64,000 nucleotides of DNA from Mobula hypostoma (taxonomy: Eukaryota): assembly GCF_963921235.1 (NCBI RefSeq), contig NC_086097.1, positions 39,372,001-39,436,000 on the forward strand, written 5' to 3'. The notes under the pieces were generated by a model. It saw only the letters and a program-made list of their open reading frames with translations. It was not told the origin of the DNA and did not search any database. Positions 12,661 through 25,665 of this stretch are shown here, piece by piece. Every line of letters starts with the position of its first letter. The first letter of the stretch is position 1. Both the position numbers and the translations under genes were made by a program.

Positions 12661-14784
12661 TCATCTACAGCATGGCGAGGAGGCTGGACCAGAAGCACTG
12701 GTACAATATTGTTTATTGGCCCTTATTGCAAGAGAATTTGAGTACAAGAGTAGAGACATTTTGCTCCAATTATATAAAACTTTGACAATATGAAGACAGG
12801 GTCTGCAATACTGTGTGTAGAGCTGATCTCTCTGTCCAAGGAATAAAATACTTGCTACGGAGGGAGTGTAGTAAAAGCTCACCAGACTGATTCCTGTATG
12901 ATGAAAGCGTAAGCAGATTCGATTTATACACTCTTAACTTTAGAACAATGATTTTTACTGCCATTTGTATAAACAAAATTTTTATGTCATTTAGTATGAC
13001 TGACATGGACAAAATATTCACTTTAGCTGGTTGCCCAGAACAAGGGTTCACTGAATCAAAATAAGGGATTGAGCATTAGTAAGGGTTAAGAGCTTTGCTT
13101 TTTACGCTTAATGCACAGTATTTCATGGAGGTTTAATCGGTAAGCATATTCGATTATGATCAGCAGATTTTTAAATATTAAAAGAATCAAGGAATATGGC
13201 ACTAGTGCAGAAAATGGAACAGAGGTGAAAGATTTGCCATGATCTTATGAAATGTTAAGATATATATGAGGGGCCCAATGGTCTAGTCTAGCTTTTAATT
13301 TCTCTTTTTTCTTGTTTTACTTTATTCATGCACAAGATAGATATCAAACAAAGGCAGATCATTGGAATTGAGTTAAAATTTAGCCATACTCTGTTCAAAG
13401 TACCAAGAGGAATATGTCTCATTCTATTCAAAACATTTCTAGATGAAGGGTTCCGGTGACGTCACCATCCAGAATGGCAGCTTAAATCAATAGCATCTCT
13501 GGAAAAACACATATTTTGCCCCATTAATCCATCAAATACAAGATCTTTCGAAAATATCTGAATTGATAAGGGGGGCAAGAATGGGGATTAAAAAGAAGCA
13601 TCACTGCGGAGCCTATGGAAGAAAGAGGTGCAGCGCGTGGCGGCAAAGCTGACACTGGGCCTCGTTCAGGCGAAGTGGCATATATGATAAAGATTCTGGA
13701 AGAGATAAGGGAAGTCCAAAAAGATATAAAAGAGCAACTAAATGATATAAAGTCAGAGCTCGCCAACGTCAATCAGAAAATAGCGATGGCAGAGACATGA
13801 ATTGAGAAGGTGGAAGATCACCTGCAAAACGTGGAACAGATACTAAGTAAGACGATAAAAATATTAAATCAACAGGGAAGCAAATTGCTTGACCAGGAGG
13901 GAAGATCACGACAGAAATATATCAGGATTTATAACGTTTCCGAAGAAGCAGAGGGGTTGTCGATGATGGAGCTTGTAGAAAAGTTGCTGGAGCGCTGGAG
14001 ACTCCCCTGACTATGGAGATTGAAATTAAGAGGGCACATCATGCACTCATCCCAAGACCCTCTGGAGATAGAGAAAGTAAGCCGCACACAATAGTATTTA
14101 GGTTCCTTCGATTCAAGAGCAAGGCGGAGATTCTACGAAGGGCCTCGGGTAAGAAGAAGGTGTTTTGGAACGGGAAGTTATTATACTTCGATCAAGGTTA
14201 CCCCCCGGCGGCCCTACAGAAACATAAGGAATATTCTGAAGCAAAACAAATACTAAAGCAAGAAAAGATTAAATTCCAAACCCCATAACCTGCTAAACTG
14301 AGGGTGTTTTACGAAGGAGGGATACAGCTATATCAGACAGTGGAAGAGACGACTGCAGACATGAACAACGTGCCTGTTAGCATGGTCAGACCCAGGGAAA
14401 ACCTGGCTGAGCAGTTATCCCGATCTGCTGGGGAAATAGTAAAAGAACCAAGAAAGCAGGGGACGGGAGGAGGATGAGAGAAAGGATATTAGGAAGAGAC
14501 TGTGACTTCTCCGAAGACAGCCCTCACCTCCTCCAGAAGAGCCATAAGGTTTGGCTAACTTTAAAAGTGTTGATAAACTAAACGGAAGGAAAAATAGACA
14601 GTGATATACCTATCTCGAGAAATATGTATTATAATGTGGATTTTATGTTATTCAATTTTTTAAAAATTCATTCATTCACTCCTTTTCCCCCACCTAAATG
14701 AGAGGAATACACAGGGAAATCATTTCTGTGTAATGGACATAGATTTTTTAACTTACTTTTATAGGTACTGCAGCGGGAGCCCTC

Positions 14785-15785
14785 AACTCATGTACCTTCC
14801 TCACTTCTCGCATAAACTCCAGCGACTGCTGCTCTGCCGCCCTTCCCACCAGTGTCCCTTTCCAGTCAACTTTGGCCAGTTCCTCTCTCTTGCCACTGTA
14901 ATTTCCTTTACTCCACTGAAATACCGACATATCGGATTTTGGCTTCTCTTTTTCAAATTTTACAGTGAACTCAATCATGTTAAGATCACTGCCTCCTAAG
15001 GGTTCCTTCACCTCAATCTCTCTAATCACCTCCGGTTCATTACACATTACACAATACCCAATCAAGTTCAGCTGATCCCCTAGTGGGCTCAACAACAAGC
15101 TGTTCTAAAAAGCCATCTCGCAGACATTCTACAAATCCTCTCTCTCGAGATCCAGTGCTGACCTGATTTTCCCAATTTACTCGCAAGTTAAAATCCCCCA
15201 CAATTATCATAACATTGCCTTTCTGACAAGCCTTCTCTATTTCCTGTTGTAATTGGTAGTCCACATCACTGCAGCTGTTTGGAGGCCTGTATATAACTGC
15301 CATCAGGGTTCGTTTACCCTTGCGATTTCTTAGCTCAACCCAAAAAGATTCTGCACCTTCCGATCCTATGTCACCTCTTTCTAATGATTTGATATCATTT
15401 CTTACTAATAAAGCCACGCCACCCCTTCTGCCTACCTTCCCATCCTTCTGATACACCATGTATCCTTGGACGTTCAGCTCCCAGAGACATGAATCCTTTA
15501 GCCACGTCTCAGTGATGACCACAATATCATACCTGCCAATCTGTAGCTGTACAACAAGATCATCCACCTTATTCCTTATGCTGCGTGCATTTAAGTATAA
15601 CACCTTAAGTCCAGTATTGGGTACTTTTTGCTTTGATTTCACTGCAACTCATTCCAATGGCTGCAAATTTGCCCCATCACCTGCCTGTCTTTCCTGACAT
15701 CTTTACTGCTCACTATTTTAGATTTATTTCCGTTTTCCCCTTCCTCCGCTCTATCATTTCGGTCCCCATCCCCCTGCCAAATTAG
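14785..15785 (-). mobile_element. CR1 LINE endonuclease fragment inside L1 copy 1
   Basis: ORF 15040-15642: LYLNARSIRNK, ITETWL, IYRPPNS, VGDFNL, EPTRGSA. Confidence 0.88.
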
Positions 15786-15989
15786 CAAATACATCAGACA
15801 AAATGAAGATATCTGGGGAATTATTATTAAAGGGACAGAGCATAAATTAGCCTGTTACACAGATGACATTTTGATCTACCTAGGGCAACCAACATACTCT
15901 TTACCTAAATTGATGCATCCTTTGAACAATATGGCCAATTATCAGGATACAAGATCAACATAGATAAAACCCAACTACTTTAATATAAC

Positions 15990-16204
15990 AACAGGAATTC
16001 TGCAGATGCTGGAAATTCAAGCAACACACATCAAAGTTGCTGGTGAACGCAGCAGGCCAGGCAGCATCTGTAGGAAGAGGTGCAGTCGACGTTTCAGGCC
16101 GAGACCCTAGTCCTGACGAAGGGTCTCGGCCTGAAACGTCGACTGCACCTCTTCCTACAGATGATGCCTGGCCTGCTGCGTTCACCAGCAACTTTGATGT
16201 GTGT
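15990..16204. mobile_element. Short fold-back Penelope-like insertion
   Basis: 86-nt inverted arms (16023-16108, 16120-16205) with one mismatch; 14-bp TSD TACTTTAATATAAC (15976-15989, 16205-16218). Confidence 0.88.
16109..16144 (+). ncRNA. Minimal type I hammerhead ribozyme motif (Penelope-associated)
   Basis: AGTC-CTGACGA-(stem II A GGGTCTCGGCCT)-GAAAC-GTC-GACT; stem I AGTC/GACT; palindromic ACGT stem III; predicted cleavage after C16140. Confidence 0.75.
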
Positions 16205-18589
16205 TACTTTAATATAACTATAGTCCACCAAGAGAAATTGAAAGTAGATATCCTTGGGCATGGCAAACAGAGTCTGTCAAATATTTGGGCATCATTATGC
16301 CAAAAGATTTGGCAAAATTATCAGAATGCAATTATGAGCCAATATATATAAAAAATTAAGGAAGATATAACAAGGTGGAACCTAATTCCTTTTCTTGGAA
16401 TCAGTTCAAGGATTGAATCTATTAGAATGTTTATACTGCTCAGATCCTACCAATAGAGATTGATCAAAATCAATTCAATGAATGGAACAAAATGTTATCG
16501 AGATATATATGGCAAGGTAAAAGGCCTAGAGTTCATCTCAAAACTTTGCAATTAGCCAAGGAAAAGGGGGGATAGGGCCTACCTTCTCTTAGAGATGATT
16601 ATTTTTACAGTTGAGATCTGTGATATGCTGGTGCAACCCATCATATGACACTCAATGGAAAAAAATTGAGGAGAGGATATTTTCCATCCCCATACAGGCA
16701 ATTTTGGCTGATAACAACCTACAAAGTTACATAAATACTATTGATAACCCCGGGTGAAATGGACTCTTAAAATATGGAAAACTATTATAAAAGAATATAA
16801 ACTAGAGAGAGACATTGCAATTCTTAAATGGTGCGCATATGACTTGGATTTTACGCCGAATAAACTGGATGCTAGATTTAAGGGCTGGGCAGCTAAAGGA
16901 ATAACAGCTATTTGCAATATAATGAAAGAAGGAACACTGTTCAGTTTGGAAATGCACAAGGAGGAACACAAATTAGAAAAACAAGACTTTTATTGGTATT
17001 TACAGATGCGACAGTATGTTAATAGGATGGTTAAAAATGTAACCAAGGCAAGTACATGTCTGTTAGAGCTATTTAGAAAAGCATATAATTTAGACAACGG
17101 TAGTAGAATCATTTCAAGCGTGTATAAGGGTTTGCCAAATCTTAAAACACATTTGACTTCATACATTAAAACAAAATGGGAGAAGGAAGGAGGGATAATA
17201 ATATCTGAGGAAGGATGGACAATAATATGGAGGTATCAATGGAAGTGTACCAGTACACAGAAATGGAGGGAGTTCGGGTGGAAAAACTTGTTAAGATATT
17301 TTCTTACACCCTCTCAGAAATCCCATTATGATAGTAACCTCCCTGTTTGCTGGAGAAATTGTGGAAATCAAAATGCAAACCATATCATATTTTCTGGGAA
17401 TGCCCTGTTATCAAAGACTGTTGGAGTGGGATACATAATGCCCTACAAGACATCTTTAAACGTGAAATACCCTTCGAGAGTAAGACCATATAGTTTGGGT
17501 ATATACCTCAAGAATGGTTGAAAAGAGATAACTATTTAATGAATATACTGCTGGTGGCTGGTAAAAAGACCCTTACCAGGAAATGGTTATCACAGGAGAG
17601 CCCAACTTTAAATGTATGGATGGAAATTACAATGGACATTTACAAAATGGAGAAGATAACAGCATCTGTTAATCATAAGTTGGAACAATTTGATTTATAC
17701 TGGGGAAAATGGTTTAACTACATACCTCATAGGCCTGATTTTATTCTCACAAGTCAATGAATATGTTGTAAAAAAAAAATCACTCCCTGCTTTGTACATA
17801 GTTTTCTTCTTTTGATTGTTCTTTCTTTCCTCTCCTTTCTACCTCAGATAAATATTATGTGGAGATTTGTGACAAATATATGATATATATGTACAGTATC
17901 TGAAATACATCTTATGGAAATGTTGGATGAACTTCAATAAAGAATAAATTATAAAAAAAATTCTAGATTATGCTTTTTAGATGAATCAAGGGATACAGGG
18001 TTAGTGAAGGAAAATGGTGCTGAGATATATAATCAGCCACCATCTTAATGAATAACAGAGCAAGCTCAATGGTCACCTGGCCTCAACCTGCTCCTGCTTC
18101 TTCTGCACTTAAATTTAATTTATTTGGCTCTGCAGATAGATCATGATTTGTCGTATGACCTTTAAAAAATTGCACGTTTCTATGAGATCAAATTATCTTA
18201 CTAGATTTCAGGATGAAAACTGGCTGCCATTATTGGTAAGACATGTTCCTAAAAATTTCTTAACTTGACTTCCTACACCACCAACACAAGCCTAATATAA
18301 GCATATTCATGATACACTGCATGATCAGGTCAATTCACACTCATTAGATAATCATATAATTATCAAAGAACATTTTTATAATAAATAAAAGTCAAAAGGT
18401 GATGAAAAAAAAAACATTTTCCCACAGTACTGCCAGGCCATTGCAGTTCTACTTTCAACTGGTCCAAATTTGCAAGGTACCTTTGATTTCATCAGTGCTT
18501 CTTCATACATTGCAGACAAGGGCAATTAAATATAGTACAAAACGGCTACTTTTCCTCTACCGTTTGATGCAACTACCTCTGAGATTACC

Positions 18590-19103
18590 AAATATTGCAA
18601 ACTTGGCCTGGTTTAGTATGGCAACTGTCAGAAACTGCAGAGAGTAGTGGACAAGGCTCAGCACATCGTGGAAACCAGCCTCCCTTCTACTGACTCTGTC
18701 TATACTTCTCACTGCCTTAGTACAGCAACCAACTTAATTAAAGACTCTACCCATCCTGGACATTCTCTCTTCTCCCCTCTCCGATCACGTGGAAGATACA
18801 AACGCTTGAAATCATGTACCACCAGGCTCAAGGACACCTTCTATCCCACCGTTATCAGACTCCTGAACAGATCTCTTTTACAGTCAGATAGACCCATCAC
18901 CTCACAATTTACCTCCTTATGATTTTACACTTAATCGTTTGCCTGCACTGCACTTTTCATGGTAATTTTTACATTTTATTCTGCCTTGTTATTGTATTAC
19001 CTTATTCTACCTCAATACAGTGTACAATAATTTGATCCAGATGAACAGTTCGTAAGACAAGCTTTTCACTGTATCTTGGTACGTGACAATATTAAACCAA
19101 TAC
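18590..19103 (+). mobile_element. Rex1/Babar-like LINE 3' fragment
   Basis: IKDSTHPGHSLFSPLRSRGRYKRL...TTRLKDTFYPTVIRLLN plus 3'UTR. Confidence 0.75.
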
Positions 19104-19112
19104 TAAGCTTAC

Positions 19113-19294
19113 CATTCTCATAGTTTGTCTTTTTACGCTTTTCCTTTGGCATCCTCATGTTAGTGAGCTTTTGCCTGGTATTTGCAGTCGCGAATGTTGA
19201 TATTTTATCTTGTGATTTCAACAATTTCATTGAAGATAATTTTTGAATTCTGGCACTTTTAGTCTTTTTTATGACTGGATCCTTAGGCTTTTCC
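19113..19294 (-). CDS. MIS18BP1: MIS18BP1 coding exon 7
   Basis: ttttAG acceptor 19296-19295, GTAAGC donor at 19112; 182 nt, phase 2 to 1, open; EKPKDPVIKKTKSAR...KTNYEN. Confidence 0.85.
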
Positions 19295-19389
19295 CTAAAA
19301 ATAAAAATTATTATAAAAAAATCTCAAGATATAGCAATATTTTAAGTTTTGAATTTTCAAAATAGGTTTAATTTCTTTGCACTGTGTAC

Positions 19390-19477
19390 CTCCTACTTTC
19401 AATGAGTTGTTCAATATAATCCTCCCAATCCAGTGGAAAACCATGAAAGAAGTGCTTTAAGGAAGAGTCAGAGAATC
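19390..19477 (-). CDS. MIS18BP1: MIS18BP1 coding exon 6, end of SANTA domain
   Basis: GFSDSSLKHFFHGFPLDWEDYIEQLIESR (SANTA F.xGFPxxW); phase 1 to 2; AG/GT boundaries. Confidence 0.93.
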
Positions 19478-20369
19478 CTGTTTTATCAAAAAAAAATGTT
19501 AGAACAATGAAAGAAAGAATGGAGGCAAACACGCGCTGAAGGAGAATGAAATAATTGTAACCCTGGATCTGATGCAGCAGGAAAAAAACAACGCAATCAT
19601 AAAATTTTAAAAATGCAATAAATATAAATACATAAGATTGTTTACATACATAGATTGATTGTATAAAGTTACGCTAGGCCCAGGAATGTCTGTGCATAAG
19701 GTGAAAGGATTTGGTTTCTTTGTTTTTGAAAAAAAGAGACTGAGAAGTGGAATAATGAATGCCTTTTAAAGTCTGGAAAATTTTGTCACTGTAGACTTGG
19801 AGTCCTTTACTTACATAGAATAGTAGAAACTAAAATTACCATCAATAATATGTCAAATGGTCAATGGATAAAATAACAAAATCATAGAAAATGTACAGAA
19901 TCTGACTATATCCCTGTTAGCATTTCTATCTGTGATCCTGGAGGTTATAGATTATTATTTAATGAATGAAGATCTTGCCACTACTACTTCTCCAGCCAGT
20001 TCGGATCCTCCCATCCCCACCAATCCTTATGGTAAGTTTTCCCTCTTAATCCAAATCTACTCCATCTAGTTATTGACTATTTTGTTAAGGGAGTCGTATT
20101 AATTTACTTACATATACTGTCAGCCTCCCTGTTTCAATTAAGCAACCCCAGCATAGGCAATATTCTCTGTTGACTGAAAATTCTTCAGCTGTGATAATAT
20201 ACTCATAAATCTCCTTGGCATACTCTCTGGTACTTGCGCCTTTCCTATATTTTGGGAACCAGAACTATGCACAATGCACTGGCTGTGGAATTTCTAGTTC
20301 TTACATGAACTTGCAATTTAAACTCAACCAATAGTCAAATCTCTGTATGTTTTCTTAACTGCCTAATTT

Positions 20370-20562
20370 ACCTTTCCCCACCTACCTGGCTTCACCTATC
20401 ACCTTCTAGCTACCCCCCTTCCCCCATCCACCTTTTTATTCAGGCGTCTTACCCCTTCCTTCTCAGTCCCGAAGAAGGGTCTTAGCCCGAAACATCGACT
20501 GTATATGCTTTTCCATAGATGCTGCCTGACCTGCTGAGTTCCTCCAGCATTTTGTCTGTGTT
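20370..20562 (+). mobile_element. Penelope-like 3' end, degenerate hammerhead
   Basis: cagtcccgaagaagggtcttagcccgaaacatcgactg...gatgctgcctgacctgctgagttcctccagcattttg. Confidence 0.7.
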
Positions 20563-21427
20563 AATTTATGTACATATTCTGTTAATTTCAGGGATCTGCA
20601 GACATTCACTCCTAGATCCCTATTCTTCAATATATTGTTATATCCACCATTTTATATGAAATTCCTTGTCTTATTTCCCTTTTTCATGTGCATTATCCCA
20701 ATTCTCTGTCAGATTGTATTCTATTTACTATTCTTTCCATCTATCTAATTAGCATTTGGTACTTCCATGTTGCCTATAACTCACTCACTCAATTAATCTA
20801 TGCATCAAATTTGATGTTACCTCTAAACTTAATCATAGAATCTATACTTGAGATAAATCATATATATATTTCTTGAAATTCATTAAGCAGTAATTAATGT
20901 CTTGGCCTGAAGCACATGGTGGTATTTCTATGCATCACAATAAGCTTTCAAAAGCCAACGGACAAATATCTGAACATAAGAAATAGAATCAGACCATTCA
21001 TAAGATGATAGCTGATCTTTTAACTGAGCCTTACTTTCCTGCACTAAACCCATATCTTTTGATTTTCTTAATATCCAAAAAAATTAACAATCTCAGGTCT
21101 GCAGAATCTACTCAACAAGTGAACTTTTATACCCCTTTGGTTACAAAATTCCGACCTTGGAGGAAGAAAATTCTTATATCTGCCCTGAAGTTTAACCTCT
21201 TATTTGGGTCTGTGACTCTTGCACCTATCCTGACAAATCCCATAAGAATTTTGTGTTATAATGAAAGTATTACTAATTTCATGTTAAGGTGATTGCATAG
21301 GGAAAATAGGGAAAGAGAAAATTGAGGCTAATTGGCAACAGAAGATACTGGAACAACCTTTAACAAGTCAAACCACATCAGCAGGAAAAGAAAGCTAGCT
21401 TTACAGAAGTGGAATTTCCCAGTGGCC

Positions 21428-23153
21428 AGCCCTTTGGTTCTGTCTTCACTAAAGAGGACATAATTAATCTTTCGGAAATAGTAGGGGACCGAGGGTCTAG
21501 TGAGATGGAGGAACTGAGGGAAATACATGTTAGTGGGGAAGTGGTGTTAGGTAAATTGAAGGGATTAAAGGCAGATAAATCCCCAGGGCCAGGTGGTCTG
21601 CATCCCAGAGTGCTTAAGGAAGTAGCCCAAGAAATAGTGGATGCATTAGTGATAATTTTTCAAAACTCTTTAGATTCTGGACTTGTTCCTGAGGATTGGA
21701 GGGTGGCTAATGTAACCCCGCTTTTTAAAAAAGGAGGGAGAGAGAAACCGGGGAATTATAGACCGGTTAGCCTAACATCGGTGGTGGGGAAAATGCTGGA
21801 GTCAGTTATCAAAGATGTAATAATAGCACATTTGGAAAGTGGTGAAATCATCGGACAAAGTCAGCATAGATTTGTGAAAGGAAAATCATGTCTGACAAAT
21901 CTCATAGAATTTTTTGAGGATGTAACTAGTAGAGTGGATAGGGGAGAACCAGTGGATGTGGTATATTTGGATTTTCAAAAGGCTTTTTACAAGGTCCCAC
22001 ACAGGAGATTAGTGTGCAAACTTAAAGCACACGGTATTGGGGGTATGGTCTTGATGTGGATAGAGAATTGGCTGGCAGACAGGAAGCAAAGAGTGGGAAT
22101 AACCGGGACCTTTTCAGAATGGCAGGCAGTGACTAGTGGGGTACCGCAAGGCTCAGTGCTGGGACCCCAGTTGTTTACAATATATATAAATGACTTAGAT
22201 GAGGGAATTAAATGCAGCATCTCCAAGTTTGCGGATGACACGAAGCTGGGCGGCAGTGTTAGCTGTGAGGAGGATGCTAAGAGGATGCAGGGTGACTTGG
22301 ATAGGTTAGGTGAGTGGGCAAATTCATGGCAGATGCAATTTAATGTGGATAAATGTGAGGTTATCCACTTTGGTGGCAAAAACAGGAAAACAGATTATTA
22401 TCTGAATGGTGGCCGATTAGGAAAAGGGGAGGTACAATGAGACCTGGGTGTCATTATACACCAGTCATTGAAAGTGGGCATGCAGGTACAGCAGGCGGTG
22501 AAAAAGGTGAATGGTATGCTGGCATTCATAGCAAGAGGATTCGGGTACAGGAGCAGGGAGGTACTACTGCAGTTGTACAAGGCCTTGGTGAGACCACACC
22601 TGGAGTATTGTGTGCAGTTTTGGTCCCCTAATCTGAAGAAAGACATTCTTGCCATAGAGGGAGTACAAAGAAGGTTCACCAGATTAATTCCTGGGATGGC
22701 AGGACTTCCATATGATGAAAGACTGGATCAACTAGGCTTATACTTGCTGGAATTTAGAAGATTGAGGGGGGATCTTATTGAAACGTATAAAATCCTAAAG
22801 GGATTGGACAGGCTAGATGCAGGAAGATTGTTCCTGATGTTGGGGAAGTTCAGAACGAGGGGTCACAGTTTAAGGATAAAGGGGAAGCCTTTTAGGACTG
22901 AGATGAGGAAAGAATTCTTCACACAGAGAGTGGTGAATCTGTGGAATTCTCTGCCACAGGAAACAGTTGAGGCCAGTTCATTGGCTATATTTAAGAGGGA
23001 GTTAGATATGGCCCTTGTGGCTAAAGGGATCAGGGGGTATGGAGAGAAGGCAGGTACAGGGTTCTAAGTTGGATGATCAGTCATGATCATACTGAATGGC
23101 GGTGCAGGCTCGAAGGGCCGAATGGCCTACTCCTGCACCTATTTTGTATGTTT
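21428..23153 (+). mobile_element. 5'-truncated CR1 LINE with near-intact RT
   Basis: ORFs 21409-22440 and 22468-23067 are in one frame, split by a single TGA; KSPGP, YLDFQKAF, GVPQGSVLGP, KFADDTK; 3' hairpin ggtgcagg...cctgcacc. Confidence 0.95.
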
Positions 23154-23189
23154 TAATTCCTATCCTTAATACTCGTTCTGACAGACCAG

Positions 23190-23640
23190 TCCATTGCCTC
23201 CACCTTTACTATGGCGAGGCCATTCTCAGGGTGGAGGAGCAACACTTCATATTCTGTCTAATTAGCCTCTAGCCTGATGGCAGGAAGATTGATTTCTCCT
23301 TCTGCTAATTTTTCCCCTACCCCTTCCCTCTTTTTCTATTCACCACTATGGCCCTTTACTTCTTTTCCTCACTTGCCCTTCTGGTGCCCTCTTTCTTCCA
23401 CGATCCACTCTCCTTTCCTATCAGATTCCTTTTTCTCCAGCCCTTTACCTTTCCCACCCACCTGGCTTCACCTATCACCTTCTAGTCAGTCCTCCTTTCC
23501 CTACCACCACCCCCCACCTTTTTATTCTGGCATCTTCTCCCTTGCTTTCCAGTCCCAAAAAAGGGTCTCGATCTGAGATATAGACTGTTTATTCATTTCA
23601 TTTGATGCTGCCTGCTGAGATCCTCCAACATCTTGTTTGT
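23190..23640 (+). mobile_element. Decayed Penelope-like 3' fragment
   Basis: gaggccattctcagggtggaggagcaacac (GIY-YIG tail), pyrimidine tract, degenerate hammerhead region. Confidence 0.65.
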
Positions 23641-24302
23641 ATTGCTTTACAGATTGATGACATTTCATCATACAATCAGGTAGTTCTGCAAGAGTAGAAG
23701 TTAGCCAAATGGCCACCAAATGTGATATATGATTTGAAAAGATACTCAATTAGACACAAAATGCTGAGAGTATTGAACTTATGAGGAAGTAATAGCGATA
23801 GATACAACAGTATTTATGAGAAAGCTAGAAAAGCATCCATGGACTTGGAGTAAAGCATAGAGTGGATGTTACAGGTAACTTCTTTACACAGAGAGTGGTG
23901 GGTGAATGGAAAACCCTGCCAGGAGTGGCAGTGGAAGTAAATACATTAGAGGTATTTAAGAAACTGTTCGATAAGCACATAGATACATGAAAAATGGAGG
24001 GTTATGTAGGAGGAAGGATTAGATTGATCCTGAGTAGGTTGAAAGGTTGGCACAGCTGTGGTGTAATGCTGTATGCTCTATGTTCTTTACATGTACTATT
24101 CTGAAACAAATAAAGAAAAGGTACAGAAATTTTCAGTAGAATGTAAACAAAATAGACTAGTTGAGAAAATTGAGCTGCTCCTAGCAATGTATATTATAAC
24201 TTTAGGTTAAATATAAAACATCTATGTCTAATTATCGCTATGTATTAATATAACATCGCTATGCTCTCAGTGAATAGAACATATATAGCCACTCTTATAT
24301 AC

Positions 24303-24433
24303 CTTGGTTCTTCATTGCAATGTAATCCATTGGACCTTTCAAAACATAAACTGAGCCAGTAATAGATTTAACTTCTGTCTGGCTTATTCGTTCAGCAATT
24401 ACATTACTATGCCAATATGTTCCATCTTCATCT
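24303..24433 (-). CDS. MIS18BP1: MIS18BP1 coding exon 5, SANTA domain core
   Basis: DEDGTYWHSNVIAERISQTEVKSITGSVYVLKGPMDYIAMKNQ matches SANTA WHSxxIxER...G.VYxLxG; phase 2 to 1. Confidence 0.95.
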
Positions 24434-24716
24434 CTGTTTGGGAACACACACATATAAATGCATCACTTATACTGCGACAAAGTAGATTTAAATTGCAAAA
24501 CTAAAATCAAACATTAATAGTTCTCTTGAAGCTAAAGTACTAGATATGCTATTGAACCTAACCAAATTCATTACTACAATTAAGGTTTGAAGTAGTCACT
24601 CACGTCTATAAAAACTGCTAGTTGCATTCAATGGAGTTGATGAAGTTCAAGTAAAAATATACATTGAAACAGAAAGGAATAACTGTGCAAGTGCTTTTGC
24701 TCTAATTGTTTACACC

Positions 24717-25566
24717 TGTGACAAGAATACACATAGATGTTAGCTGTCCTGTGTGATCAGCAGTTGGTCTGCCACCTGTCTTCGGGAGAGAGAGAGAGAT
24801 AAGGAAGACAATGGAGCAGCATTTGGGAGATGTGTAATGAAGGGACGGGAGAGAGAGCTGTCTAGAGCAGCTCCCCCTTTGAACCCTGAACTGTTTTAAG
24901 TGATGGACAGGCGATACTCCAGCAGGGGGATAAAAAGGGACAGGTTCGCTAAGGCGACACACACGACACCCAAGGTAATGAGACCCTGGAAGCGGTGCGC
25001 CTCTCACCAGTTGGTGGGAAGCTTTTGGATGGCTGATCGCGGGATCAAGCCTTAAACGCACAGGGTGGAAAGGCACGATCGGCGGGAACCTGGTGTGTGT
25101 CCACCCTTGCCTGGGTGCCAGGTTCAGCGCAGAGAAACGGTCGTATCTGGAAACGGAGGGGTCACAGTCGGTGACCTCAGATGACATCACAAATGGCTCG
25201 CACGAAAGCTGACTGCGAAGGTCTGTGTGGAAGCTGTGTTGAATATTCATTCGTTTTGCTCTCTCTCCTCCCCCCCCACTGTCCATCGCCATGGCAACGA
25301 TTACTGCGAACTGAACTAAATTGAACTGAACTTTGTGTCACTTTGAAACTGGTCATTTGCCCCTAGACAACGATAGAGCTTGATTGATCCTGAATTCTGT
25401 GTACATGTATGTTTATCATTGCTGAACTATTGCATTCATTATCCTTTTGATTAGAGTACCGTGTTGCTTGTTTCTTTAATAAAACTTTCTTAGTTCTAGT
25501 AATCCAGACTCCAACTGAGTGATCCATTTCTGCTGGTTTGGCAACCCAGTTACGGGGTACGTAACA
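24717..25566 (+). repeat. 5' LTR (850 bp)
   Basis: Direct repeat of 28743-29590; about 20 differences by manual count. Confidence 0.95.
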
Positions 25567-25665
25567 TAAGTGGGGTTCTCATCCGCGATTTTGAACGCTA
25601 AATTTGGGACGGAGTAAATTGATTGGGTCAAAATTCCCGAAAGAAAGAAAAGACGAACAGCAGAA

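Larger units (their letters stand above)
13445..17960 (+). mobile_element. L1/Tx1-like LINE copy 1 (5'UTR, ORF1, 3' half of ORF2, poly-A)
   Basis: ORF1 coiled coil plus LEGRSR..NIRI-like and IKRAH motifs; ORF2 C-terminus CWRNCG..H; AATAAA and A tail; TSD TTCTAGAT (13437-13444, 17961-17968). Confidence 0.85.

Noticed and set aside
15955..16351. Mirror-image ORFs MLVNAAGQA... on both strands
   Set aside because: Artefact of the inverted repeat; not genes
24702..25292. 196-aa antisense ORF, repeated at 28728-29315
   Set aside because: Lies within the LTRs, has no recognisable domain, and its duplication is explained by LTR identity
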